DNA from: Haliotis rufescens
Taxonomy: Eukaryota
Reading direction: 5' to 3'
NCBI RefSeq assembly: GCF_023055435.1
Contig: NW_025963802.1
Coordinates: forward strand, 2,480,001-2,544,000
Length of the DNA: 64,000 bases
The notes beneath the pieces are model-generated. The model was not told the origin of the DNA. It saw only the letters and a program-made list of their open reading frames with translations, and did not search any database. Position 1 is the stretch's first letter, and each line of letters opens with the position of its first letter. A program made the translations under genes and the position numbers. Shown here piece after piece: positions 22,101 to 34,580 of the stretch.

Positions 22101-25100
22101 CACTTCCCGGAGTTGGTGAAGGTCGTACCCGACAACTACACATATGCCAAGGTCGTAAAGCTCATCCAGAGTCGCAAAGATTTGACAGAAGAGAAGAGTG
22201 AGGAACTGGAAGAGATGGTGATGGATGCTGGAAAGGTCAAGGCCATATTTGATGCGGCAAGGTCATCCATGGGTGAGTTGAGATGTCTGTATTTTCCATC
22301 AATCGGAAGGTAAACTTCATGGTTGATTCTGCAAGGTCAGCCAGATGGGTAAAACATGTATTATCATCCAAAACTGGCTCCCACAGGAGATATCCTTGGA
22401 TTAGATGAAGCGATATCTACACTGTAGATATCGCTGCAATGAAATTACATCACAATGCTTTGCAGACCATTGTGACGTCACTCGTTACCATGACGTCACA
22501 ATCTAATGACATCACTAATGGCTCTGCTACTGAAGCTGTTAGCAGTACTTTTTACACTGAAGTCACTGCTAATTATTGTCTACAAATTGAAAAAGTTGGA
22601 AGAATGATGTTGGATGATAAATAAAATCTCTCCCTCGTGTCTTTTGATATCAAATATATCAACACTCGTTGATAAAAGTGGCAAAAATCCTCGGCAAGCC
22701 TCGGAATTTTTCCACTTTTATCAATTCGTGTTGATATATTTGATATCAAAAGACACTCGGGTGAGATTCTCTGTCTATATAGGAAGTCCAAGGTCTTTCA
22801 TTATAGTTTGAGAATTCGTCCATTATTTCATCAGTAGGAGGGTCAAGGTCATCCATGACTTGGTAGAGACCTAGTGTCTCTGCATTATTGGAAGACAGCA
22901 CCATCTTGTGCATAGTACCCCTGTTGGGATTCTGGGTTAGAATTGGCACCTAGCATACTGTTTGTCATTTACGGCGACTAAATGGATCGGGTGATCAGAC
23001 TGTGTGACTTGGTGGATTGTGTGTCATCATACTCTGACAGTGTTGTTCATAATATCAATCATTGGATTGTCTGGTTTAATCTCGATTCTTTACAGACTGC
23101 CCATGTGCGGCTGTAATATTGCTGAGTGTGCAGACTTCAAAACAAATCGAATCCTATGATGAGTTTAGGCGTTGGTACAGTTGCTCTTGATGCTCTGCTT
23201 ATTGTGCTTGTGTGCTTGTGTTCACAGGAATGGATATCTCCCCCATCGATCTGATGAACATCAGCATGTTTGCAACACGAGTGATTGGATTGACAGATTA
23301 CAGGAAACAGCTGTCGGAGTACCTCAAGACCAAAATGAGCTCTGTGGCGCCCAATCTTGCTACTCTCATCGGTGAACAGGTGTGCAGTGATTTTACAAGA
23401 GACATATTTCAATGGGACATTTTCATGATTTAACCTTTGATAGGACATAATTCTATATCATAAAATTTTGTTTGAACATTTTGGATAACAACCAGTCAGT
23501 GTCCTTGAAACTGAACTGTGTCCACAGTCCATGGTCCCACATTGACCTTCAGTCCTGACTTCAGGCACAAACGTGTGTCAGGAGCTACATGTACAATTGT
23601 CCCTCACTTGATACATAATTCACTGAACATGAGTGAGTATGCTTTTAAGCCGCTGTTAGCAATATTCCAGCAATATCATGGCAGGAGACACCAGAAAAGA
23701 GCTTCACACATTGTACCCATGTGGGGAATCCTCATGACGAGCGAATGCTTTAACCACTAGACAACCCCACTGCCCCTGGACACGAGGACCACTTCCATGG
23801 CCTAGTGGATAGAGGGTCTGCAGAAGATCGGTGCTTCGATCCGCAGCTGTGGCATAGCTAAAGATGAATGATTTTTCTTGTTAAGCTGTCTGGCACTCTG
23901 CGTTATGGGGCTAAAACAAGGACTGGGTGGCTCGGAATGTTAACCTGCAGCATAGTATCTCAGTGGGCTAGCACTATAACACTGACATGAGTCTTGACGA
24001 GCACACCCGGACGTATGCATGCATGTCACTATTTGATCTTACTTCATTCATGGTTGTCTGTTGTTCAGGTTGGTGCCCGTCTGATCGCCCACTCTGGAAG
24101 TCTGACAAATCTGGCCAAATACCCGGCTTCCACTGTGCAGATCCTGGGAGCAGAGAAGGCGCTCTTCAGGTAGGGCCTCACATATCACTGTGGGGATTTT
24201 TGGGTTAGAACAGGTCCCCAGTGCCTCGTTTGTCTCCCTGTGATGTCTCAGGGTTTTTCCCAATTTGTCTGTGCAGTCTCTTCATAAGTCCCTGTAAATT
24301 CCTGATGAGTTTTATGACTTCAGTGACCTGAAGAAATGATTCTTCTGTAAGTCTTATTCAGAGAGTTTTTGTTTCAGAGCTTTGAAGACCCGAGGAAACA
24401 CTCCCAAGTACGGACTCATCTTTCACTCCACTTTCATTGGTCGAGCTGGCTCAAAGAACAAGGGCAGAATATCTCGCTATCTGGCCAACAAGTGCTCCAT
24501 TGCTTCCAGGATTGACTGCTTCTCTGGTGAGAAATATGCCATGTTAACACACACAACGTACAGCCATGCAGTTGTTCACAGACACACACACGCAAAACCA
24601 TTTGGCTAAAAAAAAAAAGTCTTAAATCTCAGGCACAGCCCACATCATCATAAAGCCTGCAGCATGCTCGTTTTTATTTCCATTTTTAAATTTATAAAAA
24701 ATATCCTTATACTTAAAAAACAATGCGATCCAATATATCACACAGTTACTTCCCTTTATATGTGCACTGCTTTACTGCCTTCTCATGTTATGGTCATGGC
24801 GGCAGTAGAAGTTTGTATGTTTGTTTATGTAGGGAGGACCTTTTCCAGGTCGATGGTACACTGTTTATTTGCTTACTTACTAGTTTGAACAAGCCAACAA
24901 GAAAAAAAAACCAAAATATGCCACCCACCCACACTATATTTTCACCACTTCTTATATTTTTTAAGCCTTATGTAGTAAGATATTCCTAGTTTTGTAGACA
25001 TTAGACTTTTTTTGTATTTCTTACAATGTGTAGAGGGGGCCTTGGGTGGAGTTGTGTCCCTTAGATGAACCAGGATTTGCTGGCAGTTCTAATCTGACAT

Positions 25101-26483
25101 TTGCGTCTACTATGATCCTTGTCAGGAGTGTAATTGTTCTTTTATAGCATATAGCATTTTGTGATTTCCTCCCACAAACTTGCACAGCATCATAAATTTG
25201 AATGTTCAAAGCATCATTAAAAACAAGCGCAAAGGTTCATTCAGTGAGATGTAGAGATTGTGTACTGTTGGGATACTGGCTTCAAATGGACTCCTTGTGC
25301 TATGCTTGTCCTAAGAGGAGACAAATGGATCAGTCGATCAGGATGGGTGACTTGGTTGATGACGTGGCGTCGTAGCCTGGCAACTGGATTGTTGCTCACA
25401 ATATCAATCACTAGATGGCCTGAGCCAGACTTGATTATTTACAGGTTGCCATCACATAGCTGGAATATTGCTGAGTGTGGTATTAAACAACAAAACAGCA
25501 ACAAAAAACAACTAAAATGAATCAACAAGGTGAAGGGTCCAATGAACTTTGATCATTGTGTTATCCACTGGCCTGTTTGTCCCAGATTGGTTAATGAAGA
25601 GCCTGGCGTGATCTAGCTGCAGTTTAAGACAAAGAAAATGTGTTGTATTTCTTACAGATTATCCGACGACTGTGTTTGGGGAGCATCTGCGGCAGCAGGT
25701 GGAAGACAGGTTAGCCTTCTATGAGAGCGGCACAACGCCCGCCAAGAACGTGGATGTTATGAAGCAGGCGGTGGAGGAGGTGAGACCATGGAGAAGGTGG
25801 CTTGGGTGTGTGACAGGATGAGATGCGACCCTTGAAGATCTGGGTAGAGAATAGGTCTTCAGCAACCCATCCCTGCCTTTAGAGGCGACTATGCTTGTCG
25901 TAAGAGGCGAGTAACAGGGTCAGGTGGTCAGGCTTGCTGACTTGGTTGATTCATGTCATGGTATCCCAAATGCGTGGATCAGTGCTCATGATGTCAATCT
26001 CTGGATTGTCTGGTCCAGACTACATTATTTACAGACCGCCGTCATATGGTTGGTATATTATTAAGGGTGGCATTGAGCAACAAGCAAATTGAACAGGATG
26101 TGATGCTTTTCGGTGGGTGGATGACAGATGTTTGGTAGAACTAACTAGTTGTGTGTCAGGATTTACTGCCTCGGGCTTGACATACATTGTTTTTTATTGA
26201 TACTTTAAGTACGCTTTTTGTTTTTCTTCACTTTCAGGCTGTGGTTGTTCAGGCTAAGCTGGCAAAGAAGGAGAAGAAGAAGAGGAAGAAGGAGAAGAGA
26301 AAGCTAGACGAAAGTGTTGGCGCCAACACGACTGGGGATCTTGACACCACCCAGGAGGATGACCAAACCCCAAAGAAGAAGAAGAAGAAAAAGAAGCCGG
26401 CAGAAGAAAGCATGGAGGTTGAGGAGGAGGAAGAAGTCGAGGAGCAGACGCCCAAGAAGAAAAAGAAGAAGAAGAAGAATTAG
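16192..26483 (+). CDS. NOP56: Nucleolar protein 56 (box C/D snoRNP core), 10 coding exons, 511 aa
   Basis: Exons 16192-16194 (ATG only), 18930-19137, 20478-20645, 21325-21523, 22085-22272, 23228-23379, 24069-24169, 24378-24526, 25658-25779 and 26238-26483 are all GT-AG and total 1536 nt in one frame. Motifs include [80 protein letters not shown] and a KKE/D-rich tail. Confidence 0.96.
16918..17009 (+). ncRNA. Candidate box C/D sno/scaRNA in NOP56 intron 1
   Basis: Box C GTGATGA at 16918-16924 and CTGA at 16987-16990 and 17006-17009. NOP56 is a known snoRNA host; the terminal stem is weak. Confidence 0.35.
17475..18003. mobile_element. MITE / non-autonomous DNA transposon (Mutator-like) in NOP56 intron 1
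   Basis: TIR CATCTTCCCRAGGCAAGGGAGTTAA, subterminal inverted TTGCCAAACTAGGCT, and 9-bp TSD ACAGATAGG / AGAGATAGG. Confidence 0.85.
18131..18208 (+). ncRNA. Candidate box C/D snoRNA in NOP56 intron 1
   Basis: Boxes in canonical order over 68 nt: C ATGATGA 18137-18143, D' CAGA at about 18164, C' ATGATCA 18175-18181, D CTGA 18201-18204, with a short terminal stem. Confidence 0.5.
19138..19985 (+). repeat. 30-bp minisatellite (GTGAGACCTAGCGGTACATGCATGAGGGTA) x28 plus a partial unit, starting at the first base of NOP56 intron 2
   Basis: Directly visible; unit 1 begins with the GT of the donor at 19138. Confidence 0.98.
20376..20452. repeat. Short tandem repeat of about 31 bp (ATATCCCCACTATA core x3) just upstream of the NOP56 exon 3 acceptor
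   Basis: Directly visible. Confidence 0.8.
21611..21750. mobile_element. Hairpin-forming element with (GTCC/GTCT)n tract, Helentron/DINE-like fragment
   Basis: TATATCCCCCGCC...GGCGGGGGATATA palindrome extended to about 40-bp arms and followed by CCGTCTGTCTGTCCG. Confidence 0.5.
22370..22780. repeat. Dispersed repeat homologous to 2520-2890
   Basis: Reverse-complement similarity, with an internal TTTGATATCAAA duplication. Confidence 0.7.
23631..23776 (-). mobile_element. SINE family A, decayed
   Basis: Matches the family A body and tail, with an internal deletion. Confidence 0.8.
25826..26086 (+). mobile_element. Short retroposon, family B, in NOP56 intron 9
   Basis: Colinear with 7078-7341. 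Confidence 0.85.
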
Positions 26484-28429
26484 GATGAATAAAACAACTT
26501 CCATCAATTGATTTCGCAAGAAACATTGAATTCGCATCAAATTTCATAAAGATTGCTGTTTGGAAGCCTCATATCAAACAATTTCATGAAGATATCTTTC
26601 CAAACATTTTTCATACATTTTGTGAGATTCAACTTCTTTTAGTAAGGCAGTTAGAGGCGATGCATGTTCCAGTTTCACTGGCATCTGTTCAGCAAGGCCT
26701 TCTTCTGGAGGCTTTTGATGCCTGCCCCTAACTTTGTTTCAGTGTTTTGTTTTAGTTACTGATTTTTCACCAGAGGTGATTAAGCAAATTTTAACATTAT
26801 GTTGGTATATTTGTTAACGGACTCATGCAGTTTCCTCAGATATGTTAGAATGATACAGTTCTTCAAAATTCGGAACTTCTTTGAGTTTAACACTTTCAAC
26901 ATTTCCATTCATATATATTTACATTTTATGCAATTCTTTTCAGTAGAATGCTCTCAATTGCTACACTCTGCTAACACACATGCTGCATTCATGGAATATC
27001 AATGATTCATTGATCGTGTGGGATTGTGTATGAGTAGTGCTGTGTGATGGATATAAAGAAATTCTTTTGTAAATAGAAAGTTCCTAAGGATTAGTTCATG
27101 CACCGTTTGTTAGAAAACCTTTTAGCATCATCTCTGTGCAATGGAAAAACAATCACAAAAGCATTTTTAGTTTTATTAACCATTATGTACACAAAAGTCA
27201 TTTATGTTTTAGTGAACTGTCAAAAAGTGCAAATATGATTGAAAGTAATTGCAAAAGGGCAATAAAATTTACCAGAAATGATATTCATGTTGTTGAGTTT
27301 ATTTGTCCTTGTTGCTGTGTTCAGTGAACCTTATGGAGAGCTGAACAGGTGCCGCTTGTCCAATGCTTTTGAATTAGGGAATGAAACTGACTTGCCCGAA
27401 TGTCTAATAAATGAGTGAGTATTGTTTTCTGCGGCTTTTTTTCAGTAATATCATGGCAGGGAACACCAGAACTAGACTTCTCATGTTATACTCATGTGGG
27501 GATTCGAACCTGGGCCCCCAGCGTGATGAACTAGAGCTTTAATCACTTGGCTGTACCTGACTTCCGACTGTTGAAAAAATCATGCATAAAGCAAGTCAGC
27601 AAGCTTGACCTCCTGATCCTGCGAGTCGCCTAATTCTAACCCGCATCTCACCGGCATGCACACCAGCTGGCATGTATTATTACATTCATATCATTTGGTT
27701 ATGTAATAAAAAAGAAATGTCTTTGTCAATGTATCGTTTGTGTTAAGGATTGAAGTTTTATTTGTTGACGTTCATCAGCTGATGAAGACGGTGCCTCACG
27801 TTAGCTTATTCCATGATGTGCTAAGTAATTCAATAACAATCATGAATCTTCTTCACTGGTAATGCAACAGAAAATACTATTGTTTCTAACTTTCTATCAT
27901 AACTCCCAAGAAACTGTAGCTTTGTACTTGGCCCTTCACTTTTGGACCAGTTGGTGGCAAACCCAAAAGACAGAAGCTCCCCAATAAGCATAGAGAGTTA
28001 TTCTGACATGCTTCTTTTGTCTCCTCAATTATCACAACTTCATCTAAGTTGACATAACTAGCACAAGAAAAATGCCTCATCATGTCACAAACTGCTTCAC
28101 TGAGGGTCTGAAAAATCTCTGGCCTGCGAGAGCAGCTGAACAGTAATTTAGTGTCTCCTTTTTTTAGAAAGTCTGTATCCCCATCTGTATCAATCCTGTT
28201 GCTTTGTAATCATCTGGATGTAATCAAACTGACCTACGGTCATGCCAGAGGTCGACCTTGGCCAACTATACTGTTCAGAATTTGCCGAGGATCACTACTT
28301 TAAAAGATAATACGAAAATTGTGTGCATCTGTTGAAATAGCCAAAGACAATATTGCGTGAAGACATGTTTAATGAACAAAAGTCTGTTGTCATGTGCCGC
28401 ACAATGCCAACAAACAACATGTGACCAGC

Positions 28430-28830
28430 TCCTGATCCAAGTAGGCATCAATCACACTGACAGTCTCGCATACACATCCTGAATGTCATCCCTGTAGCGC
28501 GCACACACCTGTCATTGTGCCCTGCTGTATGACATGGAGGTCGCTGAAGGACAGGAGATCAGTTCTTCTAGTTCTACTGATCCTACCACAACTTATGATT
28601 TAGCTTCCTCCCCTCATCGGGCATGACGATCTGTGAAATCTAAACAGTATCTGGTCTGTCCAATTGACGTGATCATCAGCCTGTGATGTCGGTACAGTGG
28701 GATGTGAATGGTTGCCATCCGGACGACGATTACGCCCTGTCAGAGTAGAAACGTAAATGCCACCAGCATTCCGCAATTCATTTCTGAGTGTGGTGGCAGT
28801 CGCGAAATCGCGAAGTTCCTGCACGTACGT
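28430..28830 (-). mobile_element. Heavily decayed Tc1-like transposase remnant
   Basis: Fragments DFATATTLRNELRNAGGIYVST..RNR, HVNWT.QILF, GGS and RYRDDI resemble Tc1 HTH and DDE segments; there are many frameshifts. Confidence 0.5.
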
Positions 28831-29484
28831 GCCCCATTCAAAACCCTGTCACGAGTACTATATATTCTATGTCGTAAGCCAATGCACTTGACCTTACATT
28901 GTGTTGCGTGACGCCAAAAGAACTGTGACAGAGGTACATTTCAGGTAAGCATCCGCTGGCTGCAACTGCTCCTCCATTATCAAAGCATTTGTGTCGGCCC
29001 ACTGCTGGAATGAGATGTCCACCGCTTTAGGAGCTATATTTTGCGAAAGTGTATCCTTACAACCGATCCAAAGCCCGTTTCAAAATCGTTAGCCCGCTTT
29101 TCTTCCCAGATATAGTTAATAAATAATCTGACAATCTGGGTAGAGAATAGGTCTTCAGCAACCCATGTTTGTCGTAAGAAAAATAAATAGTCCCCGAAAA
29201 TTCTTGAAAGAAATAATTATGCTTCATATACATGTAGTCGGAATCGTACAATAGACTCTACTTTGGGCATGTTCTTATTGTTATGGAAATGTTTTTGTTG
29301 CTTGTATTTATCTAACATGGGATAGACCAGGTATTATTCCATTTATCATATTATTCACGCTTATTAACAACAAAGTGATCGACCGTTTCCCGACCAAACC
29401 ACTTCCTCGATAATTCACGTACGAGAGGAAGTGTTCACTGACTTTCAACCGTTACTAAATGTAACGGGAAATAGGAAATATATA

Positions 29485-30989
29485 TACTGAACAAAAACGT
29501 TCCTGTGACATTGAATAACATTTAATGCAAAGTTATGTTTTTGACCAAATCTGAAACAATTTTGGTTTGCAACAGATAAAAGACCCTTTAAGTGTTCAAC
29601 TGGTTTAATTTGCCATACTCACTTCAGAAAATGCGTGATTCCATAAAAACATGAACATGCCAAAATGTCAATTTACAAATCAATAGCGTGTGTGTCCGCC
29701 TCTGGTTGCAATGCAAGCAACACATCTTCGTCTCATGGAATGGACTAGGCGTCGCACAAAGTCCTGTGGGATATCTGTCCATATCTGCTGGAGCATGTTT
29801 CGAAGTTCCTGGAGTGTCTGTGGAACACGTGGTTGACGTCGAAGGCGCCGATCCATCTCATCCCACGTGCTCGATTAGTGAGAGATCGGGGGAGCGAGCC
29901 GGCCAGAGGATGACATTCACGTTGTTTTGTTGAAGAGAATCCTGAACAAGTCGAGCAATATGAGGCCGGGCGTTGTCATGTTGAAAGGTAATGCCTGGGC
30001 AATGGCGACACAAAAACGGTAGAACAACAGGGCCGATGATCTCGTCGCGGTAGCGCTGTCCATTGAGATTTCCCTCTACCACTATCAAACGGGTCCTCTG
30101 TCTTGCTGTAATCCCACCCCATACCATAACGCTGCCGCCCCCGAACCGATCTTCTTCCATGACACAATGATTGACGTAACGTTCACCTCGACGTCGGTAG
30201 ACTCGAATCCGTCCATCGCTGTGGCTGAGGTGAAAACGAGACTCGTCAGTGAATAGTACTTGTCCCCACTGCATGGCCGTCCAGCGTAGACGCTATCTGC
30301 ACCACTGTAGACGTGCTTGACGGTGGTTTCCTGTCAAAATGGGACGTCTGGCGGGTCTTCTGGCGACAATCCCTGCACATCTGAGGCGACGACGTACGGT
30401 CTGTTCAGATATTCGTCGAAGGCCAGGGATGCTTCTTGCAGTCACTGTTGCTGGCTTGAATCGATTTCGTAGGTGTGTTGTTCGAATCCAGTTGTCTTGT
30501 CGATTATTGGTAACGCGTGGCCTACCACTCCGAGGATGATCTCTGACTGCATTCGTCTGTTGCCAACGTTGCCATAAACACCAAAAGGTGTTTCTGTGGA
30601 CGTTAACCTGTCTTGCAACATTACGTTGACTCGATCCTGCTTCAAGCATACCAATGGCTCGCAGACGCTCATTTTCGGACAGGCGTGGCATGTCGTAATG
30701 TTGAATATTTACGTAAATTTGTTGTTTTTCTGAGTGGTTGTTGTCAGGACGTTGCTAAACAATGCATATGGAATCCCGTTAACGCACATGTTTTTATACC
30801 CATTCTTGGGTAGTGAAATGCATGGGGCTTGCATAAAAGTCAACTTTTGAATGGAATGCATGCTTTTCTGTAGCAGTTGCGTTTTTGTGACTTGATTCCA
30901 TACATGTACTACAATATTGAAAACCAAACTTTACTTGTTTGAAAAATACACTAAAATATTAGTGTCACAGGAACTTTTGTTGTTGAGCA
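29485..30989 (-). mobile_element. Tc1/mariner (DD34E) transposon, full length, with defective transposase (30691 to about 29680)
   Basis: TIR TACT(G/C)AACAACAAAAGTTCCTGTGACA and TA TSD. Protein reads MPRLSENERLRAIGML..SGRPRVT..FTDESRF..FQHDNARPH-34aa-E, with a premature TAG at 30293-30295 and a 2-nt deletion near 29866. The empty site is visible in the paralogous spacer at about 37370. Confidence 0.95.
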
Positions 30990-31310
30990 TATAAATTGTT
31001 AATGCAAGAAAATAACCAGTCTAGATAAATGTTAAACTTGTTAGATAAAGCCAAGCAGAAGACTAATATTTCCCTGACGTGATACAATGGTATGTAATGC
31101 ATTACAAATCTAATCAGCCGTTCATAACAGTCAGCGTGGCGTCATGACTCATGTTCATTTTTCCATGCATATATATTTCACCGCTATTTTCCTTTTTCCA
31201 TGTTTGTCAACACCATATCCGTGCTTGTAGGTTTCACCAAAGTGGCTAACGTCTGTGGCCTGCTTTACCTCGAACTTCCCTCCCACATGAAACTGACCCG
31301 CGGTGATATA

Positions 31311-31468
31311 CAGTAAACTACGGTTATAACGAAGCCAAAGGGACCACTAATTTTAGTTCGTAATAACCGTAGTTTGTTATATGCATATATACAGCATATA
31401 TGCAACAAATGTCCGGGACTAAAAAATAAGTTCGGTATAAGCGTGTTCGTTATAAACGTAGTTTACCG
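31311..31468. mobile_element. Tc1/pogo-type MITE
   Basis: TIR CAGTAAACTACGGTTATAACGAA and TA TSD; empty site GATATAGCTGG at about 37685. Confidence 0.88.
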
Positions 31469-32384
31469 TAGCTGGAATACTGTAAAACGCGGTGTCCAGC
31501 CAAACGTACAGATTCACCATCTTTAAAACCAGCACCAATACACTTAGCATTGAATTATTCCGCCAGATGTTATGACAGTGGAGAGGGTGACAGTAATGGT
31601 GCCATCAATTCTCTCCAGGGAAATTCCTAATTCTCCTGATTTCTTGATCGAAGTTTTCTCAGATTATGACCCATTTCGCAGACTTGATAGTCTAACACTG
31701 TCTACCCACACTAAGCTTTCTTTTCGAGTTCTGGTACATACCTACCTGTGACATGTCCCTGGCCAAAGGAAATTCCCTGTGTGTTGGTAGTGTCTGTACT
31801 TGCTTCCAGATGACATTTTACTTGGATCACAGATTCGCTGAAGACAAAATATTTGAAAAAGTATTAATGACACAGTTTGACTATTTTTTTAACTTTTAGT
31901 GTGACAGTGCACAGTTATAAATTTTTAAAAAATCAACTACCTTCAAGTACCATGGATAGGAATAAAATATTATCTAGAATACCAAGTTCAGTGCTCAAGG
32001 TCGGCGAATAGGGGAATGTCGTTATTTTACATACATTTTGATGATTTTAAAGTTATTGCTTTCCAACATTCAAAGGTATTTCAACACTGTAGTTTCTCAT
32101 TGCCTGCAATGCAGCTATGTAATACTAAGCATGGAAGACTCTCTCCTTTTTGTCCTCTTAAATGAAAAAATATATCTGAGAGAGATATGTTTAACATCAT
32201 GATCCGGATAAGATAAATTAAGACATAAACCAACACAATGTTTAAAGTTAAGTTAAGTTAAGAAATTCGTTGAACACACATACTCACATGCACATGCACA
32301 TGCAGATACACGCACACGCCAAATTACTTACAGTCACGCACGCACGCAATCATACACAAACACGTAGACCCACTTACGAACATG

Positions 32385-32398
32385 CACACACGCGCGCA

Positions 32399-32465
<67 letters not shown>
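32385..32465. repeat. (GCAC)n(CA)n microsatellite
   Basis: Directly visible. Confidence 0.95.
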
Positions 32466-32466
<1 letters not shown>

Positions 32467-32895
32467 ATTCATACAAAGCCTTAACAATCAGGTTCCAAAT
32501 TGGCGTCTGAAGGAGACATGGCTTGATTCATCAGCACACTTTAGTCCGAAAAACAAAACCTGTCTGATACTTTAAATCACGCACAAAGCACACTATTGTC
32601 TCTCATTTTCTACAGTGTGTCAATCTAAAACTTCTCTATATATCATCTGTTCATTTTGGAACCTTCAGTCAAGAATGATGCTTACAAAACGCATGGAAAC
32701 TACAAATATTAAAACAACAAGGAAAACATGTTCAATAAAAAGATTCAATGTAAGAATAAGTCGTCAACTGCAACATATGGAAAAATAAATCTAGAAAATA
32801 AATCTAGTCAGCTTATATATACTCCTAAGAAGCGCTAAATATCAAGACTGAATAATTCCCATGTATTACGCCAGTATGTCATCAAGTAACACCCA

Positions 32896-33061
32896 GGGGC
32901 GGTCGGGTAGCCTAGTGGTTAAAGCGTTCGCTCGCCACGCCGAAGACCCGGGTTCGGTTCCCGACATGGGTACAATGTGTGAAGCCCATTTCTGGTGTCC
33001 CCCGCCGTGATATTGCTGGAATATTGCTAAAAGCGGCGTAAAACCATACTCATTCACTCAC
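32896..33061 (+). mobile_element. SINE family A
   Basis: Full length, TSD TCAAGTARCACCCA. Confidence 0.92.
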
Positions 33062-34217
33062 TCAAGTAGCACCCAGCACGACTGTAGTCAGTATGTAGCA
33101 CCACTTTACAAGTACCGTAGTAAACAGTAACGGAAACAGAAAAATCAAATGTTTGGACCAGCAACAAGCTATGTTAGGATTTGAATCAGCCATGAAATAC
33201 AATTTGATTTTAGAGTATACAGTCTTTAGTGTATCGTTTAAAAGATCGTTGCAGAGGGGTACAACTTACGACATTCACTATAATACGATATTACTTGGTT
33301 AGAAAATAGCCAAAACGCATAAACAAATGTCTAATGCGTTATGTTTTGGTGTTGCACCAACGTGATTAACGTCTCTGTCTGCAACACTCAGGATGTTTCT
33401 TACACAGTGAGCTGACACGCCGGGAAAATGAAAGCAACGTTCAAAATCATTGTAATGCGTAGTTTTTCAACATGATGTTATTTAAGTGTCACGATTCGTC
33501 TTTAATTTTTAGTTGTCCCTATTGGAACCATTCTTGACCATCCACGCTAATAATAGATCATAAGCGTTCAGGTGATTACAGTAAATATTTTATTTATTTG
33601 AATGCCCCGTGTCAACAAATACAAAAGGATATTTTCAAATACATGCTTCGTCCAAATTAAATTAACTTTCCTGTTGACCCAAATAAGATCTAGTTTGTTA
33701 GTAAACAACACTTATAATATTTAAGTGTTGTAAACTACATAATCTGTGCACCAATCTTTGTAGATTATTACACATTGTCACCTGTGTACCTTTCTATAGC
33801 CCGATGAGCCACCACCACTGTCTTCCTCGCTTGTCCTACACGAAAAATGTAACGAGCTGTCTTATTGTTCCACTGCGTACGTCTAATTTATACATCTTAT
33901 CTAATATACCTGTATTCCAACATCAATTATCGGTTTATTTGATACCCCGCCTGGATTATCACTTGGTGATAATCTCCTCTCATCCCCGTATAGAAACACT
34001 GGACACACAAGTCATCACCGTCCCTCCCCAAGCTGGAGCGCTGGTAACTCACGAGGTGCTAGCTTCCTATAATTGCTCCGTTTTAGGCTGGATTTGTTGT
34101 TACAGAGTTTCAGTGGCTGCCTAACTCCTAATAAAGTAATTAGCCAGAAGTGTTAGCGGTTGTGTGCAGTACTTGTTAAGTAGTTTGTATATGTAATCAG
34201 GTCATTGATAGTGTGTA

Positions 34218-34341
34218 GGTATATATACAGTATGGGAGGCTGCAGGGGACATCATTATCTCGCTACGGATGTATCTGACGCAGGGGCAGTCACTACAAGA
34301 AAACTCACACTTTTTGTCAAACAGGAAGACAGAAACTACAG
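34218..34341 (+). promoter_or_regulatory. Putative TATA box and non-coding first exon of Cdc25 copy 1
   Basis: TATATATA at about 34220 and strong donor ACAG|GTAAGG at 34342. The block is conserved in copies 2 (donor 40667) and 4 (donor 56210). The acceptor lies 6 nt before the ATG. Confidence 0.55.
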
Positions 34342-34580
34342 GTAAGGATTCATCTTTATTGAAGACGTTGTAATGTTTCACCAACAGTCAGGTCATGGCT
34401 GTTAATATCCATCAACACAACCCATAGGATACAGAGGACAATCACTAATTCACATCACATATCTGTTGTAGTACAGTTCAGTATGCATTGTTGCACAGTG
34501 ACATATATTTAGTATCTTCATTCATCAATATGTATTATGACTCAATTTCATAACAATGTAATTATTATTTTCAGTTTAAC

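Noticed and set aside
24300-24345. Hammerhead-like CTGATGAG...GAAA (also CTGATGA at 9711 and 27779)
   Set aside because: No closing stem II G-C pair or helices I/III with an NUH site could be built.
25030-25180. Two-hairpin H/ACA-like fold in NOP56 intron 8
   Set aside because: An ACA is present but no ANANNA hinge was found between the hairpins; it cannot be supported without folding software.
27886-28190. Minus-strand open frame of about 100 codons between NOP56 and the Cdc25 array
   Set aside because: No recognisable homology or splice structure; flanked by stops and probably decayed repeat.
33804-34124. Conserved ORF of about 100 aa upstream of each Cdc25 copy (also 40166, 49519, 56428-56721)
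   Set aside because: Only one copy has an ATG, there is no recognisable domain, and the similarity is explained by recent duplication of promoter DNA.
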